Shown piece by piece: positions 33,519 to 41,960 of a stretch of 43,400 nucleotides of DNA. The notes under the pieces were generated by a model, which saw only the letters and a list, made by a program, of their open reading frames with translations, was not told the DNA's origin and did no database searches. The stretch's first letter is position 1, and each line of letters begins with the position of its first letter. The position numbers and the translations under genes were made by a program. Origin of the DNA: a virus (taxonomy: Duplodnaviria > Caudoviricetes); IMG/VR virus record IMGVR_UViG_3300045187_000085, positions 1-43,400 of that record. The stretch is one strand, 5' to 3'.

Positions 33519-34235
33519 ATGAAAAATGACGCGCCGAATCCCGACGAGAACAACCAGCACACCCGTCTTCGAGCCGCCCGTGAGAAGCTGAGGATTTCAG
33601 CCTCGGAAGCCGCACGCTCCATGGGGATGAACATCTCCACCTACACGCATCACGAGAACGGGACGCGGACCTATGGGGAGGAAGAGGCTCGGAAGTACGC
33701 CAGGCGCCTGAAGACCACGCCGGAATATCTTCTGCTTGGCATTACCGGCGGTTCACCAAAGGGAATCGTCAAGGAAATCGACTCTCGGGCCGGCGCTGGC
33801 GGCGGCGGTGTCGTCGATCTCGTGAACGTCACAGATCAGAACGGGAATATAGTTTCGGCCGAGGTCATCAAGGATCACTGGCAGATACCCGAGTCGTTCC
33901 TTCGCGGCGAACTCCGGATGGAGGCGAACCGCGCCCTCATCATCGAGGTCTCCGGTGATTCCGGCTACGATCCGAGCAATCCGAACGCGCCAGGTTCCTT
34001 GATGCCGGGAGACCGGGTGATCGTCGATGCGAGAGATACGAAGCCTTCGCCGCCAGGGCCGTTCCTCGTCTACGACGGCGTCGGGTTCGTCGTGAAGCTT
34101 TGCGAGCCGGTCTTCGGATCTGATCCGCCGCGGATCAGACTGTCGAGCCGCAATCCGACCTATGAACCTTACGACGTGAGTGCTGAAGAAGGGCACATCG
34201 TCGGAAGGGTTCGAGGGCGAATCACGGCGATGTAG
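33519..34235 (+). CDS. cI: CI-like repressor (XRE HTH plus S24 peptidase domain)
   Basis: RLRAAREKLRISASEAARSMGMNISTYTHHENG; AGAGGG cleavage region; VSGDS; VVKL; RLSSRNPTYEP; IVGRV. Confidence 0.92.
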   Translation: MKNDAPNPDENNQHTRLRAAREKLRISASEAARSMGMNISTYTHHENGTRTYGEEEARKYARRLKTTPEYLLLGITGGSPKGIVKEIDSRAGAGGGGVVDLVNVTDQNGNIVSAEVIKDHWQIPESFLRGELRMEANRALIIEVSGDSGYDPSNPNAPGSLMPGDRVIVDARDTKPSPPGPFLVYDGVGFVVKLCEPVFGSDPPRIRLSSRNPTYEPYDVSAEEGHIVGRVRGRITAM

Positions 34236-34243
34236 CCGTAACT

Positions 34244-34255
34244 GGGGGGGGGGGG
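34244..34255 (+). repeat. G12 homopolymer tract
   Basis: Read directly, 6 nt before ATG 34262. Confidence 0.85.
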
Positions 34256-34261
34256 ACTCGC

Positions 34262-34588
34262 ATGACGAGGATAGTGGTCGAGACCAAAGTGAAGTTCACT
34301 GCTGCGGGAGGCATCGGGGCTTTGCTATTCGTCGCTGCGCCCGCCGTTTTGGCGTTCATGGCCCTGGACGATATCCGGTATGGATATGGAAGAATGACAA
34401 GCTTCGCGGCGGCTGGCTACTTCATCTTCGCAGGCATAGCCGCTTCTCTTGGACTCGTGCTTCTTATGATTGGGCGGGAATACACCCACGAGGTGCAAAT
34501 CCTGAAACCTGGTGAGACCGCGCCAAAGGATAATGTCCCACCTTTCGGCGGCACCGAAGCCGAACGACGCAACCTTGGCCTGAAGTGA
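34262..34588 (+). CDS. Two-TM membrane protein downstream of cI
   Basis: Two hydrophobic segments; immunity-region position. Confidence 0.7.
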   Translation: MTRIVVETKVKFTAAGGIGALLFVAAPAVLAFMALDDIRYGYGRMTSFAAAGYFIFAGIAASLGLVLLMIGREYTHEVQILKPGETAPKDNVPPFGGTEAERRNLGLK

Positions 34589-34592
34589 CGCC

Positions 34593-34817
34593 ATGACCCT
34601 CGACCAGCTCGAGACCGCCCTCCATGACATCCGCTGGACGCCAGACATTCTGGCCCGCGCGCTGGAGTGCGACGTCTCGCTCGTTCACGCATGGCTCGAC
34701 GGAAATGCCGAGATCCCCATGAAGGTCGGCGTCTGGATCAAGGTCATCGCCGAGCACCATCAGGCTTTTGAGCAGACCAGGCCGAAGACGGTGAAGGGGA
34801 AGAAGTTTGTCACGTGA
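34593..34817 (+). CDS. Small HTH protein
   Basis: LHDIRWTPDILARALECDVSLVHAWLDGNAEIP. Confidence 0.75.
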   Translation: MTLDQLETALHDIRWTPDILARALECDVSLVHAWLDGNAEIPMKVGVWIKVIAEHHQAFEQTRPKTVKGKKFVT

Positions 34818-34934
34818 AAGGAGAGAAAAATGATGTGCATGGGCGGGGAAAAGGACAGAGAGGACAACGACCCACCTCCTCCTCCGCAGGATTGGGATAG
34901 CCGCAAGAGCGAAGACCAGTACGAGAAGCGCGAT

Positions 34935-35426
34935 TCACGCGAAAAGGGCAACTAGCCCCGCAAGAACCGCCGCCGCTGGCGTCCACATACCGACTTGGAC
35001 AGCGGTATGGAGCGCCGCGGCAGTCTTCTCATTCAGATCACGATTGACATCCTGCTTCTGATGAAGCTCCGAGAGATAGGCGCCAACGGCCTTGTCGATC
35101 GTGACACGCTCATCCATTGCCCATAGCCAGAACTCCGCGCCTCGGCCAGGGAGATTGATCGTCGCCCGAGACATCGCTTTGGTGCAGAAGTAGGCGCCGA
35201 TCGCCAACATCAACGCAGATGTCGACATAGACCAGCGCGAAAACTGAAGAAGTTCATCTGAACGAAAGAACCCGGCCGTAGCTGTCACGGCCGCAGCGAC
35301 GCCGATGGTGACATATATCCGAAACACCGCCATCGCCTTCTGGTCGGTGAAGAGCACAAGGTTGACCAGAGCCTGATGACGCGCCCTTGCGTCGTCCAGT
35401 GCGATTTTGAGATCGTCGGGCTTCAT
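34935..35426 (-). CDS. Three-TM membrane protein, moron-like
   Basis: gagagg SD before MKPDDLK; SLATT-like topology. Confidence 0.7.
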   Translation of the reverse strand: MKPDDLKIALDDARARHQALVNLVLFTDQKAMAVFRIYVTIGVAAAVTATAGFFRSDELLQFSRWSMSTSALMLAIGAYFCTKAMSRATINLPGRGAEFWLWAMDERVTIDKAVGAYLSELHQKQDVNRDLNEKTAAALHTAVQVGMWTPAAAVLAGLVALFA

Positions 35427-35931
35427 GGCTACCTCTCGCGTAGACGCCAAGTTCTGAAACGTCTCAGAATCTTGAACTTTGAATCTTCTATATCAAGAGC
35501 TTGATTCTGAGAGGTCTCAGAACCGCCTCTGTTCTCTATCCCGCAAGGGATAGGGGCTTAGGAAACGGCGCAGTACACCCTTGCACGCCGGAAGCGATCC
35601 GACGCCAAGGGTACTGCATAGAGCCAAGGACAGAGCCTTGAGGTTCCCGTATGCATCCCCGCATCGCGCCATATGACGGCGCATAGCCCCTGCGGATCAT
35701 GGTCCGTTTCTATTGGCCGGGGTGGCCTCACGCGCCGGGTTCGGACTCCCGTGGTGGCATGCGCGCCCTTCTGGTTGTTTATCAACGGCTGACCAGCCAG
35801 CCCAGCGGTTCCCATCTTTCCACCGATTCCCTCCGGGCAGCATCCAAACCGCAAACCCACTCCCGAAGGAAACTGGCCTGAAAATCAACGTTTGGCTTGA
35901 GAAATCGAGTGGGACGCTATATGTTGTGCCC

Positions 35932-36012
35932 ACTGGATATTCCCGGTCGCCAAACCAGTTTCTCATCCAGTCATGCCCCGATCGCTTGCCGGCGATGCGG
36001 GGCTTTCTTTTT
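35932..36012 (+). ncRNA. Candidate about 80-nt antisense RNA with CGCCAA loop
   Basis: TTGAGA-17nt-TATGTT promoter (35897-35925); stem ACTGGAT/ATCCAGT with inner GGT-CGCCAA-ACC; terminator hairpin plus U-tract. Confidence 0.6.
35975..36012 (+). terminator. Intrinsic terminator
   Basis: GCCCCG-ATCGC-loop-GCGAT-GCGGGGC-TTTCTTTTT. Confidence 0.75.
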
Positions 36013-36053
36013 GCGCCCGATCGGCCGCCCTCGTCAAGTATGCGTATCAATTT

Positions 36054-36094
36054 CATACTTTTCGTATTGACACAACAAATACGGCTCGTATTAT
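36054..36094 (+). promoter_or_regulatory. PL/OL-like promoter with two operator-like sites
   Basis: TTGACA (36067-72)-16nt-TATTAT (36089-94); CATAC-TTTTC-GTATT and AATAC-GGCTC-GTATT. Confidence 0.75.
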
Positions 36095-36581
36095 CGCCCT
36101 CGTTCACCCCAGCCACGAAGAAGCGCACCGCGCCGATCTGTCTGGGATCAATCGAGGAGCAAGAGATGCTTTCCGTCAGCACTGGAGGTCGAGATGTAAG
36201 CCGCAGCGCAGAGCGCGCGCCCTTTGGGCTGGATCAGTTCGATCGCCTGGCTGGAGGCGTAATTCCAGCCCCCAATTCTTCAAACCCCGACCCCCGAACC
36301 TTGGCTGGCGCCGACGGCCGCCGGAGCACACCAAGCCTGCTTGCTGTGGGGGCAAAAAGCGATGGCGCTAGTCCGCTGTCGTCGGTCGGGGCCGCTTCCG
36401 AGCGGAACGTGGGTGTCCACGAAAGCAGGCAAGCCGTCCCCTATTCCCATTCGCAGGTTCCGTCCCCCCGGCCTGCGGATAAGCCGGAGGCGGATACTCT
36501 CCTCCCATCCGTCTCCGGCGCCTATTCCCCTTGGCAGGTCCAGCGCCCGCACCTTGAGCCTATGGCGAGGAGGGCGAGCGA

Positions 36582-36815
36582 ATGAGCGTCCGTGTCGTCA
36601 ACGACTTCGTGCCCCATTGGGACAACAACCATGAGGGCTACCGCGCGATCTTCAATGCGGCGCTGACCGGCATCTGCGCGAACCCGAATTTCTTCGGCCC
36701 AATCCTTCAAGGAAGCCCAGAGGCGGCAGTCAATTTCGCCAATGAGGTCACGCTCGCTGCGATCTACGGCGACAAGTACGTGCCGTCCCACGAGCGCGAT
36801 GGAGAAAAATCATGA
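36582..36815 (+). CDS. Hypothetical protein
   Basis: gaggag SD; PL operon. Confidence 0.7.
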   Translation: MSVRVVNDFVPHWDNNHEGYRAIFNAALTGICANPNFFGPILQGSPEAAVNFANEVTLAAIYGDKYVPSHERDGEKS

Positions 36816-37066
36816 ACGCGATGGACATCACGCGCGACGGACTTGTCGCGGCCCTGACGCCTGCGCCGACGCTGGAAGAGCAGCTTGAGCGCGCCGAGCG
36901 CGACCTGGTCTGCGCCCAGATGATCGACTCGACGGCGAGGATGATCGCCGAGACCGAGGAGTGCGAGCGGCGTATCGGCTCGATCAAGCGCCAGATCGCC
37001 GAGCGTGACGAGCGCGAGCATGTCGAGAACGCCGTTGCGGCGCTGGGTGATGACCATGCCCGCTAA
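36812..37066 (+). CDS. Hypothetical coiled-coil protein
   Basis: ATGA-coupled. Confidence 0.7.
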   Translation: MNAMDITRDGLVAALTPAPTLEEQLERAERDLVCAQMIDSTARMIAETEECERRIGSIKRQIAERDEREHVENAVAALGDDHAR

Positions 37067-37253
37067 GCATCAGCCCACGTTCTACCTCACCGAGGAAGCG
37101 GCGCAGAAGCGCATCACGCGCCTCGTCGAGCGGATCGCCAAGGAAGGCCGCGCCAGCGCCGACTACCGTCGCGTTCCGCCCAGCATCCGCAAGATGGTCG
37201 ACGCCCTGATCGACGGCCGCTTGTTCTTCGCAGATCAGATGGAGGCGGCGTAG
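37056..37253 (+). CDS. Hypothetical protein
   Basis: Start MPAKHQPTFY overlapping the upstream gene end. Confidence 0.6.
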   Translation: MPAKHQPTFYLTEEAAQKRITRLVERIAKEGRASADYRRVPPSIRKMVDALIDGRLFFADQMEAA

Positions 37254-37610
37254 ATGGCCTCGCTTCCGAAAATCGATCCAGAGTTCATCGTCATCTGCCA
37301 GTCGGCGTGGTGCAACGAGAGTGGGATCGGCATCCACTACGGCTGGAACGGCGAACGGTTCAACAACCGAAACGACGCCATCAAGCACGGCTGGGAAGTT
37401 CGCGGTTCCGACGACTTCAACATCGCGCAGACCTACGGTGACGACCTCATCTGGTTCGGCTGGATGGACCAGCGCATCGACGAGGATGAGGACACGATGC
37501 GCGAGATCGCGGAAGCGGTTGGACTGACTTTCGATCCCCGCTGGTATCGCCTCGAACTGTCGAGGGCCGATGGGCGAGTGATCGGATTGCGCAGCGAGGC
37601 CCGGCCATGA
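37254..37610 (+). CDS. Hypothetical protein
   Basis: ggagg SD; abuts the previous stop. Confidence 0.7.
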   Translation: MASLPKIDPEFIVICQSAWCNESGIGIHYGWNGERFNNRNDAIKHGWEVRGSDDFNIAQTYGDDLIWFGWMDQRIDEDEDTMREIAEAVGLTFDPRWYRLELSRADGRVIGLRSEARP

Positions 37611-37828
37611 ACCGCCTCATCATCCAGGTCTTCCGCTGCGGCGAATGGCGGAACGTCACCACCATCCCGCTGGAGATCGGCCACAACAGCCGCGACGCCG
37701 AAACCAAGTACGCCCGCGCCTATCGCGAGGCGATGCTGATGCTGTCGCGCTGGCGGGGATATTTCGACGAGCCGCTGCGCATTGCCGAGCCGACGACTAC
37801 CGGTGGGTATGTGGAGGCGCGGCCGTGA
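37607..37828 (+). CDS. Hypothetical protein
   Basis: ATGA-coupled. Confidence 0.65.
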   Translation: MNRLIIQVFRCGEWRNVTTIPLEIGHNSRDAETKYARAYREAMLMLSRWRGYFDEPLRIAEPTTTGGYVEARP

Positions 37829-38100
37829 AGTCCGACCTCCATTGGCCCGACGCTGGCTGCTGCTGGCCCGGCTATCCCGGTGGCTGCGTTTGCCCGCCCG
37901 ACGAAAAGGCCCTCAGGGCTTGGAAGCGTGGCGAGATCATCACTCCTATGAACGCCGACCAGCGCGAGTTCTGCCTAGCTGAAATCGGGCAGGTCGAGGG
38001 CTACACCCGCGCCGACCATGCCGAGGACAACGACGCTGACCTTGCAAGTGCTGTCCTCGATGCGTGGACCGCCTACGCGCGCGACAAGGGGCTGATCTGA
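37825..38100 (+). CDS. Hypothetical protein with Cys-rich N-terminus
   Basis: GTGA-coupled start; GCCWPGYPGGCVCPP. Confidence 0.6.
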   Translation: MKSDLHWPDAGCCWPGYPGGCVCPPDEKALRAWKRGEIITPMNADQREFCLAEIGQVEGYTRADHAEDNDADLASAVLDAWTAYARDKGLI

Positions 38101-38285
38101 TGCCCGACCTCGTCCAAACCGTCGCTCTGGCGATCTATGGCACATGGAGTCGCGAACGCGACCCGGCCCGCATTGAGGCCCGGTTCAAGCGCCTACCCCA
38201 ATCCACCCGAGAGAATTTCGAAGCTGAGGCGCGTGCCGCGATCCGCGTGTGCGAGGCCCATTTCACAGGAGCTTACGCAGCATGA
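38100..38285 (+). CDS. Hypothetical protein
   Basis: TGATG-coupled; FEAEARAAI motif. Confidence 0.6.
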   Translation: MPDLVQTVALAIYGTWSRERDPARIEARFKRLPQSTRENFEAEARAAIRVCEAHFTGAYAA

Positions 38286-39346
38286 CGATGGAGCAGATCG
38301 GCGGCATTGCCGCGAAACTCGTAGACCGCTGGGCTTGGTATCAGGCCGCGCTAAAAGACCCGGCGCAGATCGGCAACACGCTGAAAATCTACGACGGTGA
38401 GCCGCAGCAGGGATACTACCGCGTTCGCCCGAAGGATGGGCAATGGGAACCTGTCGCAATCTTCTACCCAGAGGATTCCGATCAGATCGTCGCCTATCGC
38501 AACGGCAAGGAAGTCCGGGCCGACGATGTCTGGCTGTGGTGCTGCCGGAACCCGATCAGCTTCGACGCCTATGAGAAGGCGATGGCTGGCGGCGGGTTCG
38601 ACGACGAGCCCGAGAAGGCGCCCGGCCTTGGGCACAACTCCGGTGAAGCCGATCCCTTCGACGCCCTGACGATGGAATACCTGGGCGAAAAGGAGATGGC
38701 CGAGGAGTTCCTGAAGAAGCCGGTGAAGACCAAGGCCGACGCCGACCGCGCCGCGATTTGGGCCGACCGGCTGAAGAAGATCGCCTCCAAGGCCGTCGCC
38801 TTCCATAAAGTTGAGAAGCAGCCATTTCTCGACGGTGGCCGCGCCGTTGATGAGAAGTGGCGTGGCCTGAAGGAAGAGCCGGGCACGGTCGTCGACGCGC
38901 TGCGCGCCCACGTCAAACCCTACTTCGCCGAACTGAAGCGGCAGGAGGAGGAGCGCCAGCGCATCGCTCGCGAAAAGGCCGAGCAGGAGCGCCGCGAGGC
39001 CGAGGAGAAGGCGCGCGCCGCCCGTGAGGCAGCGGCCAAGGCCGAGGAAGGCGATCTCGCCGCCGAGAAGGCCCGGCAGGAAGCCGAGGACGCCGCGCGC
39101 CGCGCCAAGGAAGCCGAGAAGGAAGCCGAGGCCCGTAAGGTCTCTGCCGGCCGCACAGGCGCCCGCATGGGGATGAAGACCGAGACGGTCTACGTCGTCA
39201 CCGATTATCTCAAGGCCGCCACCGCCATGCTCGCGCTGGGCAATACCGATCTCAAGACGGAAATCGACCGGCTCGCCAAGCGTCTGATGAAGGCAGGCGT
39301 CCCGCTCGACGGTGTCGAGGCGCGTGACGAGGAGGTGGTCCGGTGA
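38282..39346 (+). CDS. Coiled-coil protein of the recombination module
   Basis: GHNSG motif, EKQPFLDGGRAVD, long E/A/R coiled coil; upstream of recT. Confidence 0.75.
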   Translation: MTMEQIGGIAAKLVDRWAWYQAALKDPAQIGNTLKIYDGEPQQGYYRVRPKDGQWEPVAIFYPEDSDQIVAYRNGKEVRADDVWLWCCRNPISFDAYEKAMAGGGFDDEPEKAPGLGHNSGEADPFDALTMEYLGEKEMAEEFLKKPVKTKADADRAAIWADRLKKIASKAVAFHKVEKQPFLDGGRAVDEKWRGLKEEPGTVVDALRAHVKPYFAELKRQEEERQRIAREKAEQERREAEEKARAAREAAAKAEEGDLAAEKARQEAEDAARRAKEAEKEAEARKVSAGRTGARMGMKTETVYVVTDYLKAATAMLALGNTDLKTEIDRLAKRLMKAGVPLDGVEARDEEVVR

Positions 39347-39537
39347 AGGTCGTCTCCGTCCTCTTTTCCAATTCACAGAACCGCTACGATTACTTGGACC
39401 CGTTCGGCGCGAAGGTTGGCGATGTCGTTGTCGTGCCGACGCGACGTGGCGATGCTGAGGTTGTCGTGGCCGAGGTCAAGGAATCGTCCGACCGCGCCAC
39501 CGTCGAAATCCTTCGCATTGTGGAGAACCCCTTCTGA
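39343..39537 (+). CDS. Small hypothetical protein
   Basis: YDYLD...KVGDVVVVPT; GTGA-coupled. Confidence 0.7.
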   Translation: MKVVSVLFSNSQNRYDYLDPFGAKVGDVVVVPTRRGDAEVVVAEVKESSDRATVEILRIVENPF

Positions 39538-39740
39538 TGGCGAAGTGGGAACGCGGCGGAGTCATCGAAGACGTCGACATGGCGCTCAGCATGATCGCCC
39601 GCGGCGACCCGATCTACGAGCGCCACAAGCTGCAAACCGCCGGATGGACGCAGAGTTGGCCCATCCGCCTCGTCATCAACGCGGTCAATCGCCGCCACCT
39701 TTTCATCGCCCTTCCAACCGACAGGAACCCGCCGCAATGA
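39537..39740 (+). CDS. Small hypothetical protein
   Basis: Coupled at both ends. Confidence 0.6.
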   Translation: MAKWERGGVIEDVDMALSMIARGDPIYERHKLQTAGWTQSWPIRLVINAVNRRHLFIALPTDRNPPQ

Positions 39741-40693
39741 ACGCTGTCACAACGACCGATCACGAAGAAGCCCCTCGCCTTCCGTCGCTCCAGTCGGGCG
39801 GACAAGTCCGCGCCATCGTCCCGCAGGACTTCGACGGTGCATGGCGCATTGCCAATGCCGTCGCCAAGGCCGGAATGGCGCCGAAGGGGCTGGAGACGCC
39901 CGAGAAGGCGATGGTCGCCATCATGCACGGCATGGAGGTCGGCATGACGCCGATGGCCGCGCTCCAGTCGATCGCTGTCGTCAATGGCAGACCGACGATC
40001 TGGGGCGATGGTGCGATCGGCCTCGTCCGCAGTTCGGGCAAGCTGGAGTGGATCAAGGAGACGATCACCGGCGCCGACGACAGCATGGTCGCGACATGCG
40101 AGGTCAAGCGCAAGGGCGACCCCGACCCGGTCAAGGCGACGTTCTCTGTGGCCGACGCCAAGAAGGCTGGGCTCTGGGGCAAGCAGGGGCCGTGGCAGCA
40201 GTATCCGAAGCGCATGCTCGCGATGCGTGCCCGCGCTTTCGTTCTGCGCGACACCTTCGCCGACATTTTGCGTGGCCTCGGCATTGCCGAGGAGGTCAGC
40301 GACTACCAGCCCATGCGCGACGTGACGCCGGCCGCGCCTGTGCCGCCCAAGCCGCCCGTTCCGCCGCAGGTCAGCGACGCGCGCGCCGAGCGCCAGAGCG
40401 AGGATCCCACCGCTCAGTCTGAGCAGCAGAACGACATCATCGACGCCGAGATCGTAGATCCCGACACCGGCGAGGTGACGGACGAGCAGCCGGCGGGCGC
40501 CGACGAGTTCGACGACACCGCCTTCTTCGAGAAGCTTGAAGAGGACATGGCCGTCGCCGCAGACGAAGCCTCGATCGAGGAAGTGTGGACGGAAGCTGAC
40601 CCGATGGCTCGCTTCGAGAACGACGAGACCAGCCAGGCAATCGCGCTCGCCATCAAGAAGCGGGCTCTCAAGCGCGTCGGAGGCAAGAAGTGA
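39737..40693 (+). CDS. recT: RecT/Redbeta-like single-strand annealing protein
   Basis: AIMHGMEVGMTPMAALQSIAVVNGRPTIWGD; ADAKKAGLWGKQGPWQQYPKRML..RAR.F.LRD.F.D.L.G. Confidence 0.85.
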   Translation: MNAVTTTDHEEAPRLPSLQSGGQVRAIVPQDFDGAWRIANAVAKAGMAPKGLETPEKAMVAIMHGMEVGMTPMAALQSIAVVNGRPTIWGDGAIGLVRSSGKLEWIKETITGADDSMVATCEVKRKGDPDPVKATFSVADAKKAGLWGKQGPWQQYPKRMLAMRARAFVLRDTFADILRGLGIAEEVSDYQPMRDVTPAAPVPPKPPVPPQVSDARAERQSEDPTAQSEQQNDIIDAEIVDPDTGEVTDEQPAGADEFDDTAFFEKLEEDMAVAADEASIEEVWTEADPMARFENDETSQAIALAIKKRALKRVGGKK

Positions 40694-41547
40694 GCAGCAA
40701 GTCCGACGCCCCTGCCCTGCGCCTAGTTGTCGAACGTGGGCCGAAGCTGGTGCCGGCATCAGCTTTCGACGCCGAACGGCTGGATACGTTCAAGGTCGGC
40801 CGCGTGCTCCGGTTCACCCCGGTTGAGGAAGCCGACCGCAAGGACATTCGCCGCTGGTGGGCAATCCTGAATCGCGCGGTGAAAGACACCAAGACACCGT
40901 GGCGCACGGCGACGCAGGCCAGCGAGGCGATCAAGCTCGCGCTCGGCATCGTCGAGTACGGCAAGACCGTCGGCGGCCAGTTCATGCAGTGGCCGAAATC
41001 GTTGAAGGAACTCGACGACGAGGAGTTGGCCGAGGCCGTCCGCGACATGGCAGCCCTGCTGCACAGGATGACCGGCGTCGATCCGCTCGAATGGAACAGG
41101 GAATCGGCCGACGTCGGCCAAGATGAGGCAGAACAGCCGGAGCAGTCGGCCCCCGACGATACCGGCTCAGGCAGCAGCGGAGACGAAACGCCCCCCGCCC
41201 AAAACTCCGCTGCTGCCGATCAATCCGCGAGTGCGGCGGACCAAGAGGATGGCGCCGAGCCGGGCGGGGCCAGCGCAGGCGATGACACGCCATCCTCCGA
41301 TCTCGACGGTGTGAAGCGAATGCTCATGGAAGAGTGCGCCGACAACATGCTGCGCGACGCCTTCTCCGAGCCAAAGGATCAGCAAGCAGAGAAAGTCGAC
41401 AAGCTGGAGCGCATCTTCCTTGAGCCGCAGAACCTCGGATCTCACCCGCATTTCGTGAAGCTATGCGCCGAAACCGCACGCCGCATCATCGGCAAGCCAC
41501 AAGAGCGTGGCCGTGCCCGTGAATACTTGATGGGAAAGATCGGCTGA
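40690..41547 (+). CDS. Hypothetical protein (DUF1367/NinB-like N-terminus, acidic linker)
   Basis: LVPASAFDAERL, RRWWAIL, IKLALG, PKSL motifs. Confidence 0.65.
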   Translation: MSSKSDAPALRLVVERGPKLVPASAFDAERLDTFKVGRVLRFTPVEEADRKDIRRWWAILNRAVKDTKTPWRTATQASEAIKLALGIVEYGKTVGGQFMQWPKSLKELDDEELAEAVRDMAALLHRMTGVDPLEWNRESADVGQDEAEQPEQSAPDDTGSGSSGDETPPAQNSAAADQSASAADQEDGAEPGGASAGDDTPSSDLDGVKRMLMEECADNMLRDAFSEPKDQQAEKVDKLERIFLEPQNLGSHPHFVKLCAETARRIIGKPQERGRAREYLMGKIG

Positions 41548-41960
41548 TGGGGGTCATCTCCGAGAAACTGCGCCGCAGCGCCCGAGGCCAGGATTGCACA
41601 TTCGAGATACCGAATGTCTGCAACCATGATCCTGACACGTCGGTCCTTTGCCACGCCCCAAGCGAGGTTAAGGGGATGGGGTCGAAAGGCCACGACTACA
41701 ACGCCGCAATCGGGTGCAGCGACTGTCACCGCGCACTCGACGAACACCGTCTTCCTCGGGAGGACGAGATGTTCTTCTGGCTCCGCGGGCTCCAGCGCAC
41801 ATGGGCTATCTGGGTCGCGAAGGGTTTGATCCTCCTCCCCGTCGATCCTGCCACAGCCAAGAAGCGCCCGAAGAAGCCGTCCTATTGGCCGTCGCGCCAG
41901 ATCCAGTCGCGGAACACCCTGTCACGAAAGAGGAAGGAGCCTCGCGATGACGATGCTTGA
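41547..41960 (+). CDS. DUF1364-like putative nuclease
   Basis: KLRRSARGQDCTFEIPNVCNHDPDTSVLCH...KGMGSKGHD..AAIGCSDCH. Confidence 0.85.
   Translation: MGVISEKLRRSARGQDCTFEIPNVCNHDPDTSVLCHAPSEVKGMGSKGHDYNAAIGCSDCHRALDEHRLPREDEMFFWLRGLQRTWAIWVAKGLILLPVDPATAKKRPKKPSYWPSRQIQSRNTLSRKRKEPRDDDA

Noticed and set aside
34830-34955. Short proline-rich ORF (MMCMGGEKDREDNDPPPPPQ...) with aaggag SD
   Set aside because: Could be real, but only about 41 aa, overlaps a convergent gene and has no recognisable homology; not supportable as a feature
35558-36182. ORFs 35558-35860(-), 35697-36182(-) and the 5' part of 35713-36585(+) as a replication protein
   Set aside because: No Rep or HTH motifs, atypical composition, and they cross promoters and a terminator; the region looks non-coding
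38351-40759. Long minus-strand ORFs (341, 381 aa) opposite the recombination genes
   Set aside because: Antisense shadows of clearly coding plus-strand genes
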